Positions 8,697-18,593 are shown, counted from the stretch's first letter. The stretch: DNA of 64,000 bases from an uncultured Verrucomicrobiae bacterium (GCA_963834385.1 CAWIBO010000002.1:608001-672000); one strand, 5' to 3'. Numbers and translations: made by a program. The notes: generated by a model not told the origin, from the sequence alone.

Positions 8697-10415
8697 CTAA
8701 TGGTCCTCCGCGGTCACGCGCCAGATTTCCTCGAGCGTGGTGACCCCTTCCATGGCCTTGTCGATGCCGACCATGCGGAGGGTTTTCATTCCCTCGGTCA
8801 CGGCCTGGTTCTTGATCACCGTGGCGGACGCCCGCTTAATGATGAGACGGCGGACGGACTCGCTCACCGGCAGCGCCTCGATGATGGCGGCGCGCCCGAG
8901 ATAGCCCCGGTTCTTGCAACGGTCGCAGCCGCTGCCCTGGTAAAAAATCTGGTCGGCGTTCGACTGCAGCCCGAGGCGTTCCATGATCTCCGGCCCAGGC
9001 TGGAACTCTTCACGGCAGTTCGTGCAGATGCGGCGGACAAGACGCTGGGCGCAGGTCAGGATGATCGAGCTCGAGATCAGGAACGGCTCGATGCCCATGT
9101 CGTCGAGACGGGTGATGGCGCCGGCGGCGTCATTGGTGTGCAGGGTGGAAAGGACCTGGTGACCGGTCAAAGCCGCTTTCACCGCGATGTCGGCGGTCTC
9201 GTTGTCACGAATTTCACCGACCATGACGATGTCCGGATCCTGACGCAGAATGGAGCGAAGGGCGGAAGCGAAATCGAGGCCGATGTCGTTGCGCACCGCC
9301 ACCTGGTTGATACCGGTCAGCTCGTACTCGATCGGGTCCTCGACCGTGACGATGTTATACTGCGGACTGTTCAGTTCCTGCAGGACGGAATAAAGCGTGG
9401 TCGTTTTGCCGGAACCGGTGGGACCGGTCACAAGGATCATCCCGTGCGGGGCGTCGATCGCGGCCTTGAACTTGGCCACAGTCCCCTCGTCCATCCCCAT
9501 CTGGTCGATGCTGCCGGTGAGCGCCGACTTGTCCAAAATACGGATAACGATCTTCTCGCCGTAGGCCGTGGGCAGAATGGAGATACGCAGGTCGACTTCC
9601 TTGCCCAGGACCTTGATGCGAAAACGGCCATCCTGCGGGATGCGGCGCTCGGCGATGTTCAGGCCGGCCAGAATCTTGATGCGGGAGGTGATGGCCAGTT
9701 GCAGACCCTTGGGCGGGGATTCCGCCGCGATCAGTTCGCCATCGATGCGGTAGCGCAGCTTGAGGGAGCGCTGGAAGGGCTCGATGTGGATGTCGGACGC
9801 CTTTTCCTTGATCGCCTGGACCAGGATCAGGTTGACGATCTTGATCACCGGGGCCTCTTCCGTGCCGGCGGCCAGGCGGTCGATGTCGATCTCCTCCCGG
9901 CCGGCGTTCTCCACTTCGACGCCGTCGCTGCCGACCTCGTCGGCCACCTGCTTGAGCATGTCCTGCATGTTGGCGCCGCCGCCGTGCGCCCCGGACAGGG
10001 CATCGGTGACCGCGCGCTCGGTCGCGATCATCGGCACCACTTCCATCTGGACCCGGCGCTTTACGTCGTCGATCGCGAGGACGTTGGTCGGGTCGGCCAT
10101 GGCCACGAAGAGCTTGCCGTCGAGGCGGGCAATGGGGACGAGCTTGTTCGTCTTCGCCATTTCCCGGGGCACGAGCGACAGCACGTCCTCGGGGACATGC
10201 AGCTTGCAGAGATTGATCGGGGCCGTGTTCAGGCAACGGCCCATGCTGAAGACCATGTCCTGCTCGGTGACAAAATGCTTGTCGGTCAGGATCTTGAGCA
10301 GTCGGCCGCCCTCGCTCTGCTGGATGCCGATCGCTTCCTCGAGCTGGTTCGGCAGGAGGAGACCGTCCTCGATCAGGACGTCGGCGATGCGTTCTCCGAA
10401 AGATTTGCTTCTCAT
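8697..10415 (-). CDS. pilB: PilB/GspE type IV pilus/T2SS assembly ATPase
   Basis: ASDIHIEP, GPTGSGKTTT, EDPIEY, LRQDPD, TLHTN; CTNC/CDRC zinc site; MshEN-like N-terminus. Confidence 0.93.
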   Translation of the reverse strand: MRSKSFGERIADVLIEDGLLLPNQLEEAIGIQQSEGGRLLKILTDKHFVTEQDMVFSMGRCLNTAPINLCKLHVPEDVLSLVPREMAKTNKLVPIARLDGKLFVAMADPTNVLAIDDVKRRVQMEVVPMIATERAVTDALSGAHGGGANMQDMLKQVADEVGSDGVEVENAGREEIDIDRLAAGTEEAPVIKIVNLILVQAIKEKASDIHIEPFQRSLKLRYRIDGELIAAESPPKGLQLAITSRIKILAGLNIAERRIPQDGRFRIKVLGKEVDLRISILPTAYGEKIVIRILDKSALTGSIDQMGMDEGTVAKFKAAIDAPHGMILVTGPTGSGKTTTLYSVLQELNSPQYNIVTVEDPIEYELTGINQVAVRNDIGLDFASALRSILRQDPDIVMVGEIRDNETADIAVKAALTGHQVLSTLHTNDAAGAITRLDDMGIEPFLISSSIILTCAQRLVRRICTNCREEFQPGPEIMERLGLQSNADQIFYQGSGCDRCKNRGYLGRAAIIEALPVSESVRRLIIKRASATVIKNQAVTEGMKTLRMVGIDKAMEGVTTLEEIWRVTAEDH

Positions 10416-10427
10416 GGTCTTCCGGGT

Positions 10428-11327
10428 TTAGGCACGCGATTCCAGGCGGTAGATATCCTGGAGCGACTTCACGATGGCGCCCGGGCGGGCCAGGTACCAC
10501 GAGACCGTGTAATCAAGCGACTGCTGGACGGCCTCGCGGCCCTCCACGTCAAAAGGATTGCAGCAGGCCACCATGACGGTGCGGCTGATCAGGTCGAAAG
10601 GGATAAAGAGGCGCCCAAGAGTGAGATGATCCGGGAGCATGCGCGCGAGCTGGCGATCGACGTCGTAATACTCGAGGGGCACATAGGAGAACTTGGTCCG
10701 GTCGATCACGGCCGAGAGGATCCGGTCGAGGCGATCGGTGTCCTGGCGGCAGACTTTTTCCAGGAGCGAGGCGGCCATGGCCTGCCCACTCAGGTCCTTG
10801 TTCAGGTGTTTGGTGGTGTCGAGCGCCTTGGAGACTTCGTCCTCGGGGGCAAGCTGTTGCACGATAAGAAACTTGGCCAGCTGATCGTCGCCCCGGTCCT
10901 GGAGGTCGTGGGAGCGGTTGGAGCCGCGGCCGCCCGGCTCAAGAAGCGAACCGTTGGCGTCGTAATTATGCTGCACCATCAGACCGGTCTTGGGGCCGGG
11001 CGTGGCCGAGATGGAGTGGCCGGCGGCCTGGAGCCGGGACTCGATTTCGCCCAGCATGGCGAGGATCTCGGGAGCGTTCGGCTCTTTCAGGAGCATGGCC
11101 TCGCATTCCTGCAGGGCGAGGGAATAGGAACCGACGTTGTAATAGGCCTCGGCCAGCTTGCGCGAGACCCGCAGATATTCCTCCTGCCGGCCGACCTTGT
11201 GATAGGCCTCCTTCAGGATCTCGAGAGACTGATAGTCGTCGGGTTGTGTTTGAGTGATGACCTCAAACATCTCGATCGTCTGCAGAATCTGACTATGTTC
11301 CTCGTCGGATAACGTGTGTTCCAGCAC
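10428..11327 (-). CDS. TPR-like protein with a C-terminal MshEN/T2SSE_N-like domain
   Basis: Probable GTG start at 11327; helical TPR-like N-terminal half; C-terminal YYDVDRQLARMLP..FIPFD..MVACCNPFD resembles the PilB N-terminal domain. Confidence 0.65.
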   Translation of the reverse strand: MLEHTLSDEEHSQILQTIEMFEVITQTQPDDYQSLEILKEAYHKVGRQEEYLRVSRKLAEAYYNVGSYSLALQECEAMLLKEPNAPEILAMLGEIESRLQAAGHSISATPGPKTGLMVQHNYDANGSLLEPGGRGSNRSHDLQDRGDDQLAKFLIVQQLAPEDEVSKALDTTKHLNKDLSGQAMAASLLEKVCRQDTDRLDRILSAVIDRTKFSYVPLEYYDVDRQLARMLPDHLTLGRLFIPFDLISRTVMVACCNPFDVEGREAVQQSLDYTVSWYLARPGAIVKSLQDIYRLESRA

Positions 11328-11514
11328 AGCGTGGCCACTAAAAGCTAGAAGTGTGCCCCTAAGGTCGGCCGCCACGGTAAATCGCCCAGGGTCGCCCGAT
11401 TTTCACGGGGAACCGGTGAGCGCGCCGGCTCCGGCGACGACCCAAAAAAAGACCGGCCACCTGAACTTTCAGGGCTTACAGCCGGCCAAAATCAGGTAAA
11501 GTAGCCACCCGCCC

Positions 11515-12021
11515 GTGACCTGCCCTGTCCGTCGTCAAACCGCGCCCCGCGCCGCCGCTTTCACCCTCATCGAGGTCATGGTGGTCATGGCCATCATCGC
11601 CATCGCGCTGGGGTTGCTCCTGCCGGCGCTGACGCCGACCACCGCCCGCGCGGTCGACGGCGCGACCCGCCAGTTTTTGTCCGACCTGGAAACGGCTCGC
11701 CTGAGCGCCATTTCCAGCCGCACGCACACGCGCATCGTGGCGACGCCACAAACCTACCAGGTCTCCGTCCTGAACCGGGCCACCGGAAATTGGGAGACGA
11801 GAAGCAAGACGGTGCGGTTCCCCGATGGAGTGGCGTTTGACCCGCCGCCGACGCTGGAGTTCCTCGCCAATGGCAGCACCAGCCTTGATCCGGCGGCAAC
11901 ACCGCACCCCGTGATCATTCGCGATGCCGTGGTTGCCGGCGCCACCGTGGTGGCAAAGAATGCCAGCCTGGTCCGGCGCATCGAAATCGATCCGCTCACG
12001 GGCGGCGCCATTCTCAGGTGA
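11515..12021 (+). CDS. Minor pilin, FimT/GspH-like (Verru_Chthon D-like)
   Basis: AFTLIEVMVVMAII prepilin motif; ARLSAIS; EFLANG; IEIDPLTG. Confidence 0.85.
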   Translation: MTCPVRRQTAPRAAAFTLIEVMVVMAIIAIALGLLLPALTPTTARAVDGATRQFLSDLETARLSAISSRTHTRIVATPQTYQVSVLNRATGNWETRSKTVRFPDGVAFDPPPTLEFLANGSTSLDPAATPHPVIIRDAVVAGATVVAKNASLVRRIEIDPLTGGAILR

Positions 12022-12452
12022 AGCACTTCAACCGCGGCTTTTCCCTGATTGAGGTTGTCCTCGCCCTCGGCGTGGTCAGCTTTTCCGTGCTCGCGCTGCT
12101 CGGACTGCTGGTGGTCGGCAACGAGACAAACAAATCTGCGCGTGATGAAACCATGGCGGCGCAACTGGCCGCCAACGAATTTGCGCGCCTGCGCTCCCTT
12201 CCCGCCGCGACCTTCCCCACGGTCTACCAGACCCGTTTCTTCAACAATCAACTGAGGGACCTGGGGACAAGTAAGAGCTCCGCAGTCGGGCAGGGAGCGG
12301 CCTACGAGTTTCGCGTGAACATCGTCACCCCCGCTGCGCCCGCTCCGGCTGACCGGGTTTTCAACGCCGAGGTGCGGTTTCCCGCCGCGGCACCTGACAA
12401 CAATCAAACGGTCTATCGTTTCACCACCTTGATGAATCTTCCCGCCTCATGA
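12018..12452 (+). CDS. Minor pilin, PilV/GspI-like (Verru_Chthon B-like)
   Basis: RGFSLIEVVLALGVVSF..LLGLLVVG. Confidence 0.85.
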   Translation: MKHFNRGFSLIEVVLALGVVSFSVLALLGLLVVGNETNKSARDETMAAQLAANEFARLRSLPAATFPTVYQTRFFNNQLRDLGTSKSSAVGQGAAYEFRVNIVTPAAPAPADRVFNAEVRFPAAAPDNNQTVYRFTTLMNLPAS

Positions 12453-13171
12453 AGACGAGAGCTTTCACCCTGGTGGAGTTGCTGATTGCGCTCACCATTA
12501 CCGTGATCCTTGTGGTGCTGCTGGCGAGCGCAGTCTCGGCCGCGCTGGGCATGTGGCGGCAGGGGCGAAATCGAATCGACACTTTCCAGGTCGCCCGGCA
12601 GGTCCTTCTGCGCATCGGCGACGAACTGAAAGGCGCGCGGGCCATTCCAGGCCGCCTGCAATTTCTGGAAAACTCGCCACAGTTGGGCGCCGGCGCCGCC
12701 TACGCCACCACGAACCATGAAAAGGAGAACTGTTTCTTCGTCGGCCCCTATCCCAATTTGCAGAATGGGGATCTTTGCGTTTTTGCCTACCGCCTCAACG
12801 TCGAGACCCTTGAACTGGAGCGCGCTTTCTTCCCAAGCGCCGACGCCTGGGCTCCCGCATCGGGGAGCCGTTATCAGATCGGAGGCTATACCTACACGAA
12901 CCCATCGACCAGCGCGCCGCTCTGGCATCCGATCGCTCAGGGCATCGTCGATTTCGAGGTGCGCGCTTTCGACGTCGATGGGCATACCATTATTTCCCCG
13001 TGGGACTCGCAGACGCAGGGACGCGCCCCGAAGCGAGTCGTCATCCGGCTTCGCGCGGTGGACGACACCACCGCGGGCCGGCTCCAGGTTTTGACCGCCG
13101 GGACGCCCGCCCATACCCAGACTTTGCTGGAAGCGGCACGAGAATTTTCCACCGAGATCTGGCTGCCCTGA
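12449..13171 (+). CDS. Minor pilin, PilW/GspJ-like (Verru_Chthon C-like)
   Basis: RAFTLVELLIAL; PKRVVIRL..VD; FSTEIWLP C-terminus. Confidence 0.85.
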   Translation: MKTRAFTLVELLIALTITVILVVLLASAVSAALGMWRQGRNRIDTFQVARQVLLRIGDELKGARAIPGRLQFLENSPQLGAGAAYATTNHEKENCFFVGPYPNLQNGDLCVFAYRLNVETLELERAFFPSADAWAPASGSRYQIGGYTYTNPSTSAPLWHPIAQGIVDFEVRAFDVDGHTIISPWDSQTQGRAPKRVVIRLRAVDDTTAGRLQVLTAGTPAHTQTLLEAAREFSTEIWLP

Positions 13172-16098
13172 TGCGGACGCAAAAAAACGTTTCTCGTGCG
13201 GGCGTGGCGCTCGCCATCACACTGCTTCTCCTCGCGCTCCTGGCCGTGGTGGTGGTGGCGTATCTTGGCAACACCCGCGGCGACCGTGCCTCCTCAAACG
13301 TCTACGCCAACCGGTTGCGGGCAAAGATGATGGCCGAGTCGGGTCTTTCCGCGGCCACGCATCTCCTCCAGGAACACACCCGCTACGGCAATTACATCAC
13401 GGCGATGCCGGCGCCGACCGCAAGCCCGGCCGCCACGCCGATCAGGACCGAACTCTATCGTCCGCCGAATGCCGATGATTTCCTGACCCTGACCAACGGG
13501 ATCGGCGATGCGCTCGTCTCGCTTGCCACCGGAGGCAGCGGCCCCGGGGCGGATCCAAGGCCGACTCCAGCCACGGTGACGGCAAGCGGCAGCCCGGCAA
13601 GCTGGGGCATCCCCGATCCTGGACTGACCGCCGCGAACAGTTTCGATTTCAACGAGATCGTCCGTGTGGGGTCGAACGCGAACGGGCGGCTCGTGGCCCC
13701 GGGGCTGACCGGGTCGCCTCCTCCGGCCTATGGTCAGTGGGTCAATGTTCGCAATTCAGCCGGGGAATTGACCGGCCGCTATGCCTTCTTCATTGAAGAC
13801 GAAAGCATGAAGGTGAACGTCGATGTCGCAGGAAATGTATCCAGCGCGCGACCGAATGACCTGACGACGCCGGCGCCCACGACGCCTGCGACACAGGTCG
13901 AGGAAGTTGACCCGACCGGCGTTCTCACTTCAACGGCGCGTTCCGGCGCCGCTGCCACGCTCGCGGCCGCAGGCGCTTCCGGCGCCCGTTTTGCCAGCAA
14001 GGCCACGATCGGCCTGGTGCCGCAGTGGGAGGTTGCGGGCGCCGCGCCCAGCCTGGTCGACTACGTTCATCTCATCACGGTCCACTCGCGCGATGACAAC
14101 ACGACGGCGCGTGGCTGGCAGCGGATGAACCTGAACCAGGTGGTTGCGTCCGCCGCGGCCAATAATTCCGCCAAGGCCGGCGCGGCCCAGCAGATCGCTG
14201 ACTGGATGGCCGATGCCTGGACCGGGACAACGAACCTCTCCTCCCTGCAATCGCACCAGGTTTACGGCGATCCGCGGCTGCGGCTCCAGTTTGCCGCCAA
14301 CATTGTGGATTACATCGACGGCGACAACACGCCCACGGATCTCGGGGACATCGGCGGAGTTCCGGTTATTGGCATCGAGCGAATACCCTACCTTGTTGAA
14401 GTCGACGTGATCTATACCGCCGCGCACACTTCGCCGGCGGCGCCCGGACAGGCAGTCATCAGCACCACCATCCGCTTCAACTTTCTCAACATGTTCAATT
14501 CGGATCTCACGCTGGGAGATCATGTCAGCAAAATCCGGGTCAAGGGGATTCCGGTCATCGTCAAAAATGGCGCGGTTGTTCTCGATCGAGAGGCGCAAAC
14601 CTTTGAGCTTACTGTCGGCAGCAGCACCCTTGCCAACGGGGTCATCCCAGCCGGCGGAGATAACTCAGCCAGCGGCGTGGCCGGCGTTAAGACCTTTGTC
14701 TCGCAGGCAATCTTCTCGCAGCAAGTGTCGTATGTCAGCGGAGGCTCGCCCACACAGCTGGAGGCTGGTTTGCTCGAGGTGGAGATGCTGGGGCCAGGTG
14801 ATGAGCGCCTCGACGTGGTCAAGATCGCGCTGCGTGACTTGCAGGCCCGCTACTACAACAGCGGCGGCACAGCACCCAACGATTTTCTGGAGAACCCGAC
14901 CAAACCGCTGGCGACCACTTCCATTAATGCCTCTTATGAGGGCGTGGTCGGACCGAGCGGAACGGTCGTTCCCATTTCCTACGGGGACCCGAGATATCGT
15001 CCCCAGATTCCCACCCGGCGGATGTACAACCTGACCCGAACCGACACCAACCGATTCGCGACCAGCGACGACAAGGCGGAGATCGACTCCCGCGCATATG
15101 CGGTGGATTGGTACGATTACATCGGCAATCGGCCCCTTTTGTTCTTTCGAAACGGCCCGCTCCTGAGCGTTGGCGAACTCGGATTGATCTCCAACTGCGA
15201 GTACCCATGGCGTACTGTGTATTTCCAATATGCCGGGCGTCCGGAGAGCACGGTGGACGCAAATGTGATTCCCTCGGTGCAGGCCCGGCGCGGTTCCTCC
15301 GCCGCCGCGCAGTCGAATCCCAGCCTTCAACCACAGGATTATCTTCTCGCCGACATTTTCACCACGCGCAGCGAAACGACTCGCTCTGGCGGCATTAACC
15401 TGAACAGTCAGACGCATGTCCGAAACACGGCAGGAGCGGTCATACAAGGACCCTTCAATGCGCTCATGCTGGCCACGCCCGTTGGCCCGGTTAGGGATGG
15501 AACCGGCGCCAATATTGGCGGCAGCACCCTTAGCGTTTCCGCCTCCGAGACTCTCAGTACCGGACTCGCCGCACGACGAATCGAATTTGCGCCGGCGGCT
15601 TCCGGCGGCCCCGGCACTTCGGGAAATTCCCCCATCGATAATACTCCCCGTCGCCCTTTCTTTACCATTGGGGAGGTCGCCTCGGTCCTGAGCCGTCACA
15701 TCAATCAAAACAGCATGACACCTCCCACCACGAGCGGGAACGGACGCCAGCGCAGCACGGTGGTTTATAGTCTTCTGCGCGGGACTCCCACCAATCCCAG
15801 CGAGTGGAAACGCGATTATGGAACGGATATGCAGGTGGAGGAGCCATTCCGAAAGATCAGCGACTCCATTACCACGCGGGGCAACGTTTTCCGCGTGCTC
15901 TACGTCGGGCAGGCCATCAAGGATTTGAACAAGGACGGAATCGCGACAGACAATGAAAAGTTCGCCGAGTATCTGGCGGAAGCGTTCGTCGAACGACTTC
16001 CCACCTTTGCTCCTCCGGCCGTGGTCGGAAGCTCCACCGTAATAAAAACATCCGGTTCGAGTTATCGGATCGTTGCGCAAAGGGCCGTCACGGAATGA
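13171..16098 (+). CDS. Large PilX/GspK-like tip pilin (Verru_Chthon A-like), ~975 aa
   Basis: AG|VALAITLLLL with no Glu5; AESG; GRYAFFIEDESMKVN; NIVDYIDGD; ITTRGNVFRV..GQ. Confidence 0.8.
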   Translation: MRTQKNVSRAGVALAITLLLLALLAVVVVAYLGNTRGDRASSNVYANRLRAKMMAESGLSAATHLLQEHTRYGNYITAMPAPTASPAATPIRTELYRPPNADDFLTLTNGIGDALVSLATGGSGPGADPRPTPATVTASGSPASWGIPDPGLTAANSFDFNEIVRVGSNANGRLVAPGLTGSPPPAYGQWVNVRNSAGELTGRYAFFIEDESMKVNVDVAGNVSSARPNDLTTPAPTTPATQVEEVDPTGVLTSTARSGAAATLAAAGASGARFASKATIGLVPQWEVAGAAPSLVDYVHLITVHSRDDNTTARGWQRMNLNQVVASAAANNSAKAGAAQQIADWMADAWTGTTNLSSLQSHQVYGDPRLRLQFAANIVDYIDGDNTPTDLGDIGGVPVIGIERIPYLVEVDVIYTAAHTSPAAPGQAVISTTIRFNFLNMFNSDLTLGDHVSKIRVKGIPVIVKNGAVVLDREAQTFELTVGSSTLANGVIPAGGDNSASGVAGVKTFVSQAIFSQQVSYVSGGSPTQLEAGLLEVEMLGPGDERLDVVKIALRDLQARYYNSGGTAPNDFLENPTKPLATTSINASYEGVVGPSGTVVPISYGDPRYRPQIPTRRMYNLTRTDTNRFATSDDKAEIDSRAYAVDWYDYIGNRPLLFFRNGPLLSVGELGLISNCEYPWRTVYFQYAGRPESTVDANVIPSVQARRGSSAAAQSNPSLQPQDYLLADIFTTRSETTRSGGINLNSQTHVRNTAGAVIQGPFNALMLATPVGPVRDGTGANIGGSTLSVSASETLSTGLAARRIEFAPAASGGPGTSGNSPIDNTPRRPFFTIGEVASVLSRHINQNSMTPPTTSGNGRQRSTVVYSLLRGTPTNPSEWKRDYGTDMQVEEPFRKISDSITTRGNVFRVLYVGQAIKDLNKDGIATDNEKFAEYLAEAFVERLPTFAPPAVVGSSTVIKTSGSSYRIVAQRAVTE

Positions 16099-16841
16099 AA
16101 ATTACTTGTTCAGCGCTCTTTCTCCTCCTTGCCAGCACCGGCCTTACTGTTGCTCAGCAGACTACGGCGGCTGCACCCAAGGTCGTCGAGACCATGCCCA
16201 AGCCCTGGCAGATCGACGCTCCGGCGTCGCAGGACCGGATCGCCATCACCTTCGACCAAAGGATGAGTCCTGCCTATACCGCATGGCTCGGTCGCAGCAG
16301 CGTCGTGGGGGAGGTCGATCTCGATTCGATGATGAGCCCCGACCGGAAGACCTTCAGTCTCAAGGCCAATCTTCAGCCCGGCCGAATCTATGTTTTCGCC
16401 CTGAACGAAAAGAATATCCCTGGAGTCGGTTTCCAGAATGATCAGGGCTTGTCAGCTCCGCCGTTTTTTCTCGTCTTCCAAACGACCGGTGCTCCGCCGC
16501 CGGAGTTGGCGGCACCGCGGGCGGTTTCTACGCTGCCGGCGCATGACACGCAGGCGATTGACCCAGCCCGCTTGAAATCGCTTACGGTCGTTTTTGATCG
16601 ACCCATGGCTTCCAAGAAGCACGGGTTGATCATGACGGAAAACAAGAAGCCGGTCGACCTGAGCAAGGCGCCGTTTCAGTATTCGACCGACGGCAAGACC
16701 TTCACCCTGGCTTATGACTTCAAACCGTCGTCGGTCTACGAGTTCGAGCTGAACAACACGCAGAACATCGGCTTCGCCAGCGCGCAGCGCATTCCGCTCT
16801 GGCCGGTCCGGCTGACCTTTTCCACCGGCCAACCGCAATAG
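16095..16841 (+). CDS. Secreted protein with two tandem Ig-like (Big_5-like) domains
   Basis: Signal peptide; PKVVETMP..ITFDQRM..DRKTF repeated as PRAVSTLP..VVFDRPM..DGKTF. Confidence 0.7.
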   Translation: MKITCSALFLLLASTGLTVAQQTTAAAPKVVETMPKPWQIDAPASQDRIAITFDQRMSPAYTAWLGRSSVVGEVDLDSMMSPDRKTFSLKANLQPGRIYVFALNEKNIPGVGFQNDQGLSAPPFFLVFQTTGAPPPELAAPRAVSTLPAHDTQAIDPARLKSLTVVFDRPMASKKHGLIMTENKKPVDLSKAPFQYSTDGKTFTLAYDFKPSSVYEFELNNTQNIGFASAQRIPLWPVRLTFSTGQPQ

Positions 16842-16853
16842 CGGAGCCAGCCC

Positions 16854-17612
16854 TCAGGCGCTGCGTTCGTCGGCTTTCAGGACCTTGATGGCGTCGCGCA
16901 GCTCGGCGGCGCGCTCGTAGAGCTCGCCGGCGATGGCCTGTTCCATCTCGCGCTCCATTATTTCCAGCCGGCTCAGCGGGCGTTTCGCGCTCACTTCCTG
17001 CAGCCATTCCTCGAGGAAAGCCAGTTCGGAGCTTTTCTGCGCCAGCTCCGGGAAGTTCGATTCAGTGAAGAATTCCTGAATGGTGTCGCGCCCTTTCTCG
17101 ATCTCTTTCATCGCCTCGGCAAAGCGCCCGTCCCCCAGGAGGATCGAGGCCTTGGCCCGCGTGTTCATCATGAGCACATACGGCCGGAACTGCTGGAATC
17201 CCGCCGCCAGATCCTCGCGGCTGCTGTGCTCCGCCACGAAATCAAACAGGTCGAGGTTCCGCTGGGTGTCGCGGATCACCGCCGGAAAATCGTTCAACTG
17301 GAACAGGCTCAGGTAACGATGGTAATACTGGATCCCCTCCTGTTGCAGCTCGCTGCATTGCTCCGGCGTCAGCTCGTAGTCGTCCCCACGCGCCTCCGCC
17401 CGGGCCGCCCGGCGCTGATGATAAACCAGAAGCGACTCCGCGTTATGCGGGCGCTGCCCGTCCGGGCGCCCCTGCATTTCCATCTGCAGCACGCCCAGGT
17501 CGATGCGGAGCTGCAGTTTCTCGCGGCCATCCACGCCCAGGATCTTGCGAACTTTGATCGCGCCCGGTTCATGCGGCCAGTCCTTTAAGAGAGTGCTCAG
17601 GTCGAGGCTCAT
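16854..17612 (-). CDS. UvrB/UvrC-motif protein (PVC-type conserved hypothetical)
   Basis: LQLRIDLGVLQME..GRPDG; QYYHRY; C-terminal AIAGELYERAAELRDAI UVR motif. Confidence 0.8.
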   Translation of the reverse strand: MSLDLSTLLKDWPHEPGAIKVRKILGVDGREKLQLRIDLGVLQMEMQGRPDGQRPHNAESLLVYHQRRAARAEARGDDYELTPEQCSELQQEGIQYYHRYLSLFQLNDFPAVIRDTQRNLDLFDFVAEHSSREDLAAGFQQFRPYVLMMNTRAKASILLGDGRFAEAMKEIEKGRDTIQEFFTESNFPELAQKSSELAFLEEWLQEVSAKRPLSRLEIMEREMEQAIAGELYERAAELRDAIKVLKADERSA

Positions 17613-17699
17613 GGTTTGTTAGTCATGTTCGGCCACCGCGCGTTCAATTGTCAATCGCGACCGGAGATTGCCGTGGGCCCCCTTTTCGGGGAATCTGCC

Positions 17700-18593
17700 G
17701 TGGTGGAGAAGCAGATCGACGCCTTTATTCGCCATCTCGCGGTCGAACGCGGCCTCTCCCGCAACTACCAGGATTCAACCCGGCGTTCCCTCACGGAATT
17801 CGCGCAGTGGGCCGCCCAGCGCCGCGAAGTGACGCGGCCGCGCGATGTCACCCTCGCCCTGGTGAGCGAATATCTCGGGGAACGGAAACAGGCCGGCCTG
17901 GCCGCTTCCTCCATCAAGCTGGTGGCGGTCGCCCTGAAAATTTTCTTCCGGCACCTCGCCGCGCGCGGCGAAATTCCGCGCGATTGCACCGAAGCCCTGG
18001 CCCTGCCCCGCCTCGAGCGTTACCTCCCGGAAACGTTGAACGAGCTGCAGGTGGAACAGCTCATGGAAAGCGCCGATTCCTCCCAGCCTCTGGGCCGCCG
18101 CAACCGCGCCATCCTCGAGCTGCTCTACGCGAGCGGGCTCCGCATCGCCGAGCTGGCCGGGGCGCGCCTGGAGAATTTCAACGCGGAAGAGCGGATGCTG
18201 CGCGTGACCGGCAAAGGCAGCAAGACGCGCCTCGTGCCGGTGGGCCGGCGCGCCTGCGCCGCCCTGCACGATTATCTCACCGGCGAGCGCCCCGACCTGG
18301 TCCGGCCCCGCAGCGGGAGCGAAATCTTTCTTTCCGCGCGCGGCAGCAGGCTGAGCACGGCCCGGATCTGGCAAATCGTGAAGGAATGCGCCCGCCGGTC
18401 CGGCCTGGAGAAAAACATCTACCCGCACCTGCTCCGCCACAGTTTTGCCACCCATCTCCTCGGGAACGGCGCCGACCTCCGCATCATCCAGGAAATGCTG
18501 GGCCACGCCGACATCTCGACCACGCAGGTCTATACCCACGTGGACCAGCAACGGCTCAAGGCGGTGCACCACAAGTTCCATCCCCGGGCCTGA
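17700..18593 (+). CDS. xerD: Tyrosine recombinase XerD/XerC
   Basis: ERGLSRN N-terminus; YASGLR, GKGSK, HLLRHSFATH, LGHADISTTQVY; HPRA C-terminus. Confidence 0.88.
   Translation: MVEKQIDAFIRHLAVERGLSRNYQDSTRRSLTEFAQWAAQRREVTRPRDVTLALVSEYLGERKQAGLAASSIKLVAVALKIFFRHLAARGEIPRDCTEALALPRLERYLPETLNELQVEQLMESADSSQPLGRRNRAILELLYASGLRIAELAGARLENFNAEERMLRVTGKGSKTRLVPVGRRACAALHDYLTGERPDLVRPRSGSEIFLSARGSRLSTARIWQIVKECARRSGLEKNIYPHLLRHSFATHLLGNGADLRIIQEMLGHADISTTQVYTHVDQQRLKAVHHKFHPRA

Noticed and set aside
6954..11312. 1452-aa plus-strand ORF
   Set aside because: Antisense shadow of pilB and its neighbours in high-GC DNA; no recognisable motifs.
17700..18593. Tyrosine recombinase as the integrase of an island carrying the pilin cassette
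   Set aside because: Size and motifs match housekeeping XerD; no att repeats, tRNA or other mobile genes seen.
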